DNA from: Phoronis australis | Taxonomy: Eukaryota > Animalia > Phoronida | Assembly: GCA_002633005.1 (NCBI GenBank) | Contig: NMRA01000552.1 | Span: 214,133-278,132, forward strand | Length of the DNA: 64,000 nt | Direction of reading: 5' to 3' | Program-made: the position numbers and the translations under genes | Shown: piece after piece, positions 27,301 to 39,300 of the stretch | Layout of the letters: each line of letters opens with the position of its first letter | How positions within the stretch are numbered: position 1 is the first letter of the stretch | The notes under the pieces: generated by a model | Told to the model about the DNA's origin: nothing | Database searches by the model: none | What the model saw: only the letters and a program-made list of their open reading frames with translations

Positions 27301-30300
27301 TTGTCGAATACAAATTCATGTATCACGTGACAAATTCATGTCCATGAGTGCAATATGCTGGTCATTCATGATCCAAATGCTTAATAACACCATGTGAAAA
27401 AACAAAACTGAATGCCTCATGCAGTGATAAGTTAGCATGCTAACTGTAGGTAAATAAACGCCACCTGTGAGTCACAACTGTAACTCAAGATTGAAAATTC
27501 TCCGCCTTGACCAGCAATTGAACCTTGTAGCCCTCTCAATAGAGTTTACAGTTCAAACCACAGTGCAAGTATTTTTTTAATCAAAACTATGACTAAAAGG
27601 AAAATAATGTGTTTTCCGACTGAAAAATATTTAAGAACAACTATGGCCTGTTACCTCTACTTTTCTACAATTATGACAGCCCACAGTCCTACCCAGCATC
27701 ATCACTATCACCTACCATTCATCTTCAGTCTGGAAGTACGCTGTGGATTTCTTCTCATCATCAGAAAGTCTACAATGAACAAATTTCTTTTACAAATTTC
27801 AATACAGCAGATACAAAAGTGAACAATTTGTGAGTGTTCGATTAAGAAAACACAGTTCTGTACTTCTAAATAACACATGATCTAGGTCACTACAAAGTTT
27901 GTGTAACATTACGCTTTGTGAAAAGTGTTGTCAGTCACTCAAACTAGGCAAACAGCCTTCAACTTTAGGTATTTTGACTGATATCATGTTCTCATTGTAA
28001 TTGTCACCTCAAATGACAGCAATTTCCAAGCCACAATCCTGTTTTTATGATTGCGTTTATGTATCTCCATCTGTTGTTGCAATGACACTGAATACAGAGT
28101 CTCACATCACCTAAATACATGTAATTGTCTGCTAGTGGGTTACCTCTAACAGTAATTCTTGGTTAAAAAGAATCAACCGAGACCTAGTACAAAACAAGCC
28201 TCACTCACATTTTCACAACATCAACTCATACTCTAATGACATGTGTACCTGCTATCTTTATCACTCCACTCATCATACTGTTTAAATCTTTCCAAAAGCC
28301 TTTCCATCTCACCACCCTCACTGAAAGAAAGACAAGTTTGCCATAAGTTTGAAATCAAACATATGCATTGTACTTTAAATACAAAAGCACTGGGCTAACA
28401 TGGCTGCCACAACAACATCACTAATGATACTAACCCCACCTGTTAGCCAGAATAATAACATCACTAGCCAAGCTGAAGTCCGTGAGAGACAGATGCAACG
28501 TTGCTAACTCTAGTAAGTTTTATTTCAAATTCCAGTATTAGATTCAAATTTCATCTGTGTCAATAAGTACACTAATGTATTACTGAACTTCACACGGAAA
28601 CATTAACACTCTGAAATCTCTTCACACATGTTTAATACATCTTCAACCCTCAAGCACTACTCACCTGTCATTGAAAACAAACACCAGCCCACACTTGGCC
28701 CCTTTAGGACCTTTACCCACTTTAATTTTGATTTTTGACAGTTGCACAAATCCGTCATCCACTTTGAATAGCATGTTAACCATTGTCTTTCCATCACCGG
28801 AAATATAAGCTATCAAAACCAAAATAAGGTAGTTGTCAAGATAAAGATAGATACAGAAAAGATGATAAGGTGTAATAACGTAATAATAAAAACAATGGAC
28901 AATTACCCAGTCATGATTTGCAAACACTGAGACATTAAGTCATTAAGTTTAATCAGCTCTAAACATACTAAAACCTAATTGACCAAATCATCTACAAGGC
29001 AAATGTACAAGGAAATATTTAAAAAATGCTAACACTAAAGCAGCTTTCTGTCAGAAAGGCTAACTTTGGCTTCAGACCATGCACCATTGTAAAACTTGTC
29101 TCACCTTGTTTCTTTCACATATCAGAAGTGATTTCTTGGCATTTCACTATTGCTTGAAGTCATCCACATAGCATGAAATAAACTGGTGAGTCCAGCCAAC
29201 AGGCTGATCCTTGTCTCAAGCAATAACAAACTGTCAAGTCTTGCCATGCTCAGAAATCCCTTCTTAACTAAGTAATGAACAAGCTGATAGCAATTTTATA
29301 TTAGAGGAAGTGACCTAAACTGGGAGTTACTTGATGACAGAAGACAGCTTTATTGACCTTCAACATTGGTTAGAGTGACTGGAGTCACTGAATAAGATGT
29401 GTATTTAATTGTGAACAATCTCTCACTCCTTCCCACGTTTAGTTTACAGTTATCAGGAAGGATGTCCAAACCACAACACCTGATTGTAAGTTCTGCCCCC
29501 TATTATGAACACAAAGACAAATGTGATCATCGCCACTGTTGCCCACCACCCCACTTACGAGTCCCCGCTGTTGCCATTGATGATGTCAGCACTGACTCAG
29601 GTTTGGGCCCCTCAGCCTTACATCCTCCATCACATCCAAGTAACGTCATCTGCAACGGTCCACCCAGCTTGCGCTGAAAACTCTCACGCACCGATGTCAG
29701 TGATTTCAATAACGTGACACCTTTAATGCTCATCTCCGGGTTGTCTGAAGGACATACAAGGGAAAATCAAAATGACCATGTAGATTCCATGTTTAAAATA
29801 TAAGTGGTCGATATTAATGTTACAGTTATCGTAGCTTAAAAGACAACACAAAGAGCCTTAAAAATCAATGCATCACTATTGTTTTGAAGTTAATTCAGAA
29901 TTCATCATAAAAACAAAATCAATGAGGTCCAAACATAGAGCATCAGGGGTCTGCTTGATGACTTTTTTACACAGATTCCAAATGGAGATTTACGACCAGT
30001 CACACATTTTGGGACTAGTACTCCACATTGAGTGAAAAAACATTTTAGTGAAACAAGCCCTAGCCTCACAATCACAACAGTATGGGCTTAATCTAAACTA
30101 GATCAGCCTTGAGACAAAAGAGTTTTTGTGCAATTCTTAGTCAGACTACATGTGCTAACTAGCCGGAGTCACCAAATCAAAAAAGTTTAAAATGATGGAA
30201 AGTGACAAACGTAATAAAAAATGAGTGCTGATGAAACTATCCACACCCACGCACAAAACACGACTAAATGTGACATACCTTGCAGTGTTTTCAGGGTTGA

Positions 30301-33300
30301 TAGGATACTCAAAATGTGTCCTCTTGCTAAGCTGAAGCCAAGCAGAATGTACAGGCCTTCCGGCATCAGCTGATCCCCTGAGCTGTGGAACGGTTTAGAA
30401 TAATTATTTGTCTTGCAACAACAGAGTACTATGAGAACATAGTATATTGACAATCAGCCGGGGTAACTCGAAGCCATCTTACGTTACGGTTCACCTTACT
30501 TTAAACGTTCTTCTTAAGAATTACCAACTCGAAGCATCTTAAAGTGACCTTAGCATCATCTTAGCAACATTGTAACTTCAAATAACAGTACTTCTTCATA
30601 TTAAGCATTTTTCAGTGTGACAAATCCACTTTTACCTAATACAACTGTTTGTATGAATTCCCAAAAACATTTTAAAAATACTAAACTAAAGGCATTACTT
30701 CCAAACCAAGCATTTTCACAATTACCACCTATAGTATTTTTCTGCAAGGTGTCACAGCTAGGACGATTGCTCAAAAAGTGCACAACTCTACGCAATTTGA
30801 CTCACCATTCCATGTCTTTTTAAACAAAACATGTAATAGCAACAATTGAACAGCAAATATTACCAGGTTATATCTTGTAAAATTCTGTTAATCTCATTGA
30901 GTACGTGCCCACTTAGGATGGCTGGCTTCTCTCCACTATACGGCGTTAACATCAGAGGACCGATGTGACGGAGGGCATTTCTGAAGAGACAAGTGACAAC
31001 AATTGAGTACAAGGTCAAATATGTACTCACTCTCCTCTGATGCTTGTGATAATTAAGGTGTGTCTACCTTATAATTTTACACATTTCTTCCTTTGTGAAG
31101 CAGCCTAATGAAAATAAATGTATTTAAACGAAATTCAATCAAAATTTATGTTTTTCTGCAAGAGTGCAATCTGTACAAAAATAAATTCAGCGACTGTAAT
31201 GGGGATAGGGGTGATGATTGTGGAACCTAACACCTGAAGACCCTACACTCACCTGGTGTGTTCAATAATAGTAGACCTCAGATGAGCTCAGATGAGGTGT
31301 GACAGGGACAGAGGCGGTGATTGTGGAACCTAACACCTGAAGACCCTAGACTCACCTGGTGTGTTCAATAATAGTAGACCTCAGATGAGCTCAGATGAGG
31401 TGTGACAGGGACAGAGGCGGTGATTGTGGAACCTAACACCTGAAGACCCTAGACTCACCTGGTGTGTTCAATAATGGTAGACCTCAGATGAGGTGTGACA
31501 GGGACAGAGGCGGTGATTGTGGAACCTAACACCTGAAGACCCTAGACTCACCTGGTGTGTTCAATAATAGTAGACCTCAGATGAGGTGTGATGGGGATAG
31601 AGGCAGTGATGGTGGACCCTAACACCTGCAGATACCAAACTGCAGATGCATCCATAACACTGAACTTGCTTTCTCTCACTATCCTAAAATACAAGGCAAA
31701 AAGCAAACAATGAGCCAAATCAGTACTCACTCAAGCCTTTCTCACTCAAGCCTTTCTCGCTCAAGTTTAATGTATGATATTCAGCAATGAGAATTCTTTG
31801 TAATTTTTGCACTCCAAGATATGAAAGTATTGAGAATAGTCAAATAAAATTAAGGGTCACCTTACCAACAAGGGTGTTGATGACCCCTCACTACTGGAGT
31901 TGAATAATGTTGACAAATGACTCTGCATAAACCATACAAACTAAGACTCTGAGGTGTTTTGGAATGAGTGTTGCACCTCAACTTGAATAAAGCAAGATGC
32001 TTCAAATTTGCCTCTAGAAGACAAAATGTTAAATAAATATAAATTTGCCACTTTATCGCTTCACTGTATAAACTCACTTGTATCCCATTATTTTCAATCC
32101 ATGAATTCGTGTATCGCAGCCATCATTATGACAACGTCGGATGTTTAGTGAAATATCTGAAATTGATTAATGTATAAATCAATTCAATAAAACAGTAAGG
32201 AAACAAAGTATATAATTTACAGTGATAGACAATTCACAGTTAGAGCTTATAACATAACAATGTAAAGAAAACTTTGTTCTTTAACAGGTAACTCACACGG
32301 ATAGTGTTGGGTAAGATTTTCTACAAGCAGGACATCACCAGTGACAAATCTGAAATATGAAAAATTACTAGATACACAAAACAAAAAGATGGCAAATTCA
32401 GTCATGTAAGGTGATCATTGATCAATATGTAATTCAAAAATCAAGAAAGTTTTGTTAGTTTCCCACAATGTTGAGCTGAAAAATGTATTAATAAACTCAG
32501 TGCAACTTAAGTAATGGCAAATTGATTCACACATCATTACCATCCAGGCTTGACTGATGGTTTTACAAAAGGTGAGTTAGTATTATTATTAAGAAAATTG
32601 TTGTGTAATTTTTACAATAATAGTATTAATTAGAGAGAAATTCATGAACCATTACAATAGTACTTGGGGCAATTCTTTCTGAAAACTTTCACCAGGGGAC
32701 AGTGAGCAGGAGTGATAACAATAATGAAAAATTACTATCCAACATTGAAGAGGCTGAAACATAACACTTGATGAGAACAACCTAAGAACCTCCTACCCAG
32801 GAATCGCTTTCTCCTTGATCTGGCGCAGGTTGAAAGCATTCTTGCCAGCAGAAACTACAACCAACTGTGGCATGTAGCTTTGGTCATCAGAACACACACC
32901 GATGTGTAACTGTTTAACAACTACGCCTGGCTTCATCTTGATTCTGAAACATGTCACAAATTATCTTTCATTGCAGAGGTAACAACATACACATCCTAAA
33001 ATAATAAAACTTGCAATACCAATATTGAGACTTTACACTTTATTTTATTTACCCAAGGCTGGTAAGACAATCAACAAAGGTAGTATTCTCAAACACTTTC
33101 AATAATCCAAAATTGAATATTATTTTCAAGAAATCATGATTGCATTACTTAATACAATTAAAGATTGTGCATTTAACTGCAATAAACCAATACCTTCCTA
33201 AATGAAAATATGAATGTGGACCATTTTATTTCAATAGGATAACAATAGGACTGTCTGGTAAAACCTTAAAGTCTAACCTTATGAAGTGTGACCGAGCTGA

Positions 33301-36300
33301 TCCATCAGACTGCCAGAAGGTGGTAGCACTGCTGTCAGTCAAATATCCTGCATGTTCTGGATTGCTAGATACTGTTATTGATGTGTAACACTTAGCAACA
33401 GCAACTGGTTTCACCTCCTCTCCTTCTGATAACACCGTGGTATCTAGAACCAGCTCTTCTGCAATGAAAAGCGAATATTAAGAAGTTGTTTGATTTTATC
33501 CATGTGAAAGTACACACAAATATGAGAGTGATCAATCAAGCCTTTATTGACATATATTAAACTTAAAAAAGCTTTAAAGATGTTTCATTTGCATACCTAA
33601 GCACAAATTTCAATAAAGCCTGTCAATTTGAGATTCTATCATTTGTCATTTCTATGAAATGTGAGCATTCAAACATCCTCTTAAAGGCTCTGAAATGAAA
33701 AGAAAACAATTTTGTTCACAACAGGTCTCCTTCAAACACTGGTTAAAAATGTAACAGAGCAAGTCTTCACTGAACATCAAAAATGTGTATTTCACCTTAT
33801 CAGGCATATGTTCAGTTCAGTTACACATCATAACGATCAATTTCATGTAGTCAAAGGAAGGAAACACCCTTCTCCTAAGCCTGTCGCTAGCGAAGTGCCC
33901 GACACATACAGTCGCGCCCGCATGCCCACGTAACAAAAACGCACTGAGACGCAACAAAGACATTAGCATAAGAACATTTGCAACTAAATAAGAATAACTG
34001 TACAATAAGCGTAGTTACGAACGTCCCGTCACAAAAATAAATTAAGAAAGTGATTACATTGAAAACACATCAACTGACAACCGCAAAGTAAGTTATATGG
34101 CAGAGATTAAGATATTAGTAGATCTCGCTACAATAATACATGTTATGAACACACCAGCCTACACTACCAGCATGTTTCAATGCTTTTATACTTTCCAGCG
34201 TTTTCCACCCAAATTCTCATTATTACCTGATGCGCATAGTTTCTTAAACACTGATTTTAACACAGTCAGTCTCATTGCTGATGTGTTATTGAAGCCATCC
34301 AGAAGAGGAAATGACAAGGATGAGCTAGCTGCCCTGTTGCGTAGTAGAAACTGTGAAAACACAAATGTAGGAAAGAAGAAGATAGTGGGGATACTAGTAA
34401 TTGTCAAAAACAAGAGTGAATTGTCATCTCAAAGACAAGTATTACTAGACACAAGAATGACAGACATATTTGGACTTGCATCAATTTGGTGGGCCAACTA
34501 ATGTCATGGTTATAATGATTTCCACAACTCTTGAAGCATCTTGCGAGTATCCAAATTAACGTATCGAAATATGGAATTACAGCACAAACACCATTCTATT
34601 TAAGGTTACATGAAACCTTTGAAAAATGTCCAAATATGACCAGAAAATGACAATTTAGACATTTTACCTTGAACTTACCGGTGTATATCCAATGAAATTT
34701 AGTTATATTATACACACCATTATTTCGCAACAGATGTACCTTTCTTTTTTGCAAACTTTTACTAAAGATAAATGGTCACGTGGCCCAATTAACAGCAGAT
34801 TGGTATAGTCAAACATCAAATTAACAGCAGATTGGTATAGTCAAACATTCTATAGTCAGATTGGTAGAGTCAAACATCAAGTTCTACAGGTTTTGTACTT
34901 TCACAAAATATATTACATTTACTGGCTGAGGTAAAATCTGTTTCATAAACTTTTGGCTAATAAACAGTCCAGTCGATATGATCCTACATAACCATGAGGG
35001 ACTAAGAACCAGTACACCAAAATGGCATTTAGTCAGCATTACAGTCATTACATGCACAAATATCAGCATAAATACGAACTACTTTCACACTGCGAAGGTC
35101 AAATTGCTGAGTGACAATTTCTGAACTATCACAAATTTAAGACCTTTAACATATATTATGATACAACTGCAAAACAAATAACTTACATTTAAGATTCTGG
35201 CACCGTGTTGACCAATTCCTTGAGGATTCTTTATGTACACATCCAGGAAACCTGTACAAAGACCACTTAACCATTAAGCACAAATATGTGCTATGCTAAT
35301 TGAATTAAGGTAAATAATGAACTATGTGATACATGGTAGTTTGATCACCAGAAGCGTGTTCAATAGAGTGAGCGCCAGTGAGCGATTTGAGCGCCTCGTC
35401 CTGAACAAATGTGTTTACGTTAGCGCTCGCGAGCGCTCGCAAACAACCTCGAGAGCATTTTCGCTTAGATTTCCAAGATGGCGTCCTGCGAATGCTCCAC
35501 GTCTGCAACATATGAACCCGTTATGGTTCTGCAACACGAAAACTAACCTAAAAAGTTGACCGACTCATCCGAAAGTGCAACTTAAATTGCGGGTCGCTGT
35601 AGCTGAGGAACAGTTTCCTCGACGTAATTTTCGATTCTTGGCGTTCCAAAGCCTTCACGGTTGTTGTCTTGGGCTGCCGATATTAATAATGGCAAAGATT
35701 AATCATAGTCATTGCTCAGTACGCCATAGGAAGGACTGTTAGTGTTAAGCTCATCCGCTAAGACGTTCAACACAATCTGCTTTAGAATCGCCATACTGGA
35801 TTGCACAGTGAGCGCTCACAGCTGTTCAGGAGCTGTTCCTTGTGTTCGCGAGTACACGCTAGCGGGCGCTCACTCTGTTGAACACGCTTCAGGAACCTGT
35901 CATGTTGGACAGGAAGTGTAAAGTCTGGCATTGCATAATATTGATACTTCAACAGGCACAGGAGCAGCTGTTATCCAAAACAAGGTCTAATTTATTGTAA
36001 TAGGCCATCAAATTCCCCCTATTTTACTTTGGACACAAACAACCTTTGACATCTTTGATATGGATTTTAAGAGAAAAGCAGACATGATCAGCTCAGACAG
36101 ACCGTACCTGGAGTGAGTGAGCAAGACTGCAGTGTTCTGATGACATAATTCAGCTCCCCTCGTAAGTTGGTGGGTGTGGTCGACTTCATCGCATCCCTCA
36201 TGACTGACACATCTGCTACGTCTTCCCCGTCGGTGTCAAACTGTTGGAACGCCTGGTATGCCTCCTCCCGACTCACTGAGCGACTCGTTAACAAGTCGCA

Positions 36301-39300
36301 GAATTGGTCCAGTGTCACAGTGTCCTTAAAGCAGAAATGACGCAATTAAAAAATAATGTGAATGACATCTAAATAACGGTTATCACAAAATTAAGTTTTC
36401 AGAAAATTATGCTAACAATATAGAAGTTCCTACTAAACACATCAAAGGGAAAGATTTGAATGTACATAAACATAAACGGTCACTGCATGAGAAAGTGGCT
36501 TCCTCAAGTTAATACATGGGATACAATGACATTTACCTGACTGTGCAACTGAAATGTCCCAATAAATTAGCAAATGCATGAGGCCAGTACAAGTGGCTTC
36601 GTAAAACAGATAATGAAAGTTAGTAAAATCAATGTGAACAATTAATTTATTCAAAACACTCCTTGAAACACAAACAAAAGAACGTTCTATAGACAGTATC
36701 CATGGAAAATTTCAAAGCTAATTTAAACTGTTGGGTTTATTGCAAGACGCAATTTTACCTCTATCAGATGAGCCAAGAAGTGACAGAAAAGTCACATTTC
36801 ATGTTATCAAAAACATCAAATGAAAAATCATGTAATTTTCAAGGACAGACCAATACACAAAGAGACAGTGTAGTTAAACAATCAAATGATTTCAACCAAC
36901 TTTGTCAGGTAGTGACTCTCATTACATGAGAGGTAAAAGTCAAAATTCTTCACTTCGACATAGTGGGAAATTAATTACTTTACTCAAGTTCAGGGCTCGT
37001 ACTAAATTTTAGAAATATGTAATATTGACAAGTGATCATACACCTTGATGTCATACATTATAAGGATACATGAAAATGTAGCACTGGCGGCCATTTTTGA
37101 CAATTTCAAAAAATTGACAAGTCTATTATACAAAATGCAGTGTCCGATACTTGAGAAATAACATGAGTACCAAAATTGCCCATGTCCTAATCAAGAAAGA
37201 ATTACGGTGTCCCAAAATGTAAAGACTGCCCAGACTGGAGGATTTCAAAACATTACATGGGATCATATTTGTTTGCACGCACCTCATTTCTTCTCCTAGC
37301 TTCATCAAGCCATCTAAGTATTGCAGCTTGGTGTTGCTGTATCGTGTTGTCAGCATTATTTGGCAAGTTGTCCCTAAACGCATACAAGATGCATTAAAAT
37401 AAACATCCATAGGAACAACCTGGATTGAACTTTCCTCTTTTGTGGAGGTAGAAAAATATGTTGCAAGACTAACCTACTTTTCAAAATGTCGGGCAATCCC
37501 AAGTTACTTAACAAGTAAAGCTCTTCTAGCACTGATATTTGCCCGCTTTGCCCAGTTCTTGGTGTCACCATTGTACTCAAAATGCAATAACATAAGTGTT
37601 CTTTCAATGATGAATTACTAGGACATGAGACAGTACTTAGAGTACTTGCATGTGGAGAAGCAGGGCTGCATTCTGTAGGCCCGAAAAAATCTCACAAGTA
37701 AAGCTAATGTGGCAACATGCTTCGCTGGTGATGCAAGAAGTATCTTGCAGTCTTGAAGGATCTTGCTTTTCCGCAAGGGTCTCGAGTCTATGGAATGCTG
37801 CCCAGGACAAGTAATTGACACACGTGTTTGATTGTGGATAAATACAGCGCACAGGTACAAGTAACATCCATTTCATGAGACCATTGAACAGATCAGGAGG
37901 ACCTGGGTGTTGCAATTAGCACCCGTTAAGAATACAGTTGTCAACTTTAGTTACAAGCACAAAAAGGTTAGTGCAAAACTGGAATATGGTTACCTAATTT
38001 TAGAAGCCGCTGTTCTCAATGCAGAATGGTCAAAGAGTGACGATAAATCACCAACATGTTGGCCCGCCTTTTCTGTGAAAAAATAATTCAACACACTGAC
38101 AAATCAAATAGATACTGGAATGCCGTGCAGTTACCGACAGATAAAAAAATAAAAGATAGTAAAACTAGGAAAAATAAAACGACGAGCGTCAGTACTAAAA
38201 TATATCAAAATATTACCCACATTTCGACCAATGCACTCTTAGTTGTTGGCGACCTGAGCTCGAGGCTTACTCACCAAATGCGGCTTCAGTTTTTCCTTGC
38301 TCCACTCACCAAATACGACCTCAGTTTAAGACAATGCTGTTCCCACACTTGCAAAACAGACCAATTAACACTCAGTAACAGATCAGCAACAAAAAACAAC
38401 CCGTGAAAAGCACCAGTCAACTTTTGTTGCCATCCGTCGATCTTTCTAATCCATAAGCGTTTCATCGTCTGCTTTTCATGACAATGGCGTTGAAAGAATC
38501 TGCGGCGTGCGGTTTTAAGAAGCAGGATTGTACCAAATGCTGTGGCTAATAGGGAGCTCGAAGACAAAATTGAAGACGGCAAAGGGAATAGTAATAGCCA
38601 GAGGAAATAGTGGCGATGGGAGGAGGGGGAGACAATAATGACTACAGGGGGGAAGTAGAGGCTATTGCCGGGGTGAGCAGGAGATAGAGTGACGGCTGGG
38701 GGACAAAACTGGTGCATCAAGGAGAAAATAACAGTGGGGCAAAAATGGTGGCGAGCCAAGGGCATATGATATGTGCTCCCAGTAATTTGTGTTTAACTTC
38801 CTACATGCCTGAAAACATGACATTTGCTTTTTTCGCAGACGAATTAATCATTATATTGCCATACACCATAAAAACCTTAGACTTTTGTTATTTAACTCTG
38901 TTCAAGTGATGGTTTATGTTTTCATAAACATGTACAGAAAATATTACAGTACCTCAGTGGCACAGCTGCTATCCTCCCCCCCCCNCCCCCCCCCCATTGC
39001 CAGAAATTTCAAGCGCCACAGCCTCCCCCCACTCCCACTCAGATACTAGGCGCTATGCTATCAATACATGTGCTACACACGAAGTGCCACAAGAGTAAGG
39101 TTTCCCAAATGAGCAGAGAAGCGGGACAAAATCGTCATCTGATTCACATATAACCTCACCCAAGGTCTATACCCCATGTGAAAAATCAGCATGAGGCCTT
39201 GCAAATCTCAGGCAAATTCCCATTGTGCGGAAGTAGTTGAAGAACATGATGTCAAGGCAAGTGGGACAAAAATTCCTCTTGCTTCCTATCTCACAAAAGG

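Noticed and set aside
37100-37920. Overlapping minus-strand ORFs suggesting a nested gene or decayed retroelement
   Set aside because: No recognisable motif in any frame; cannot be assigned without a search.
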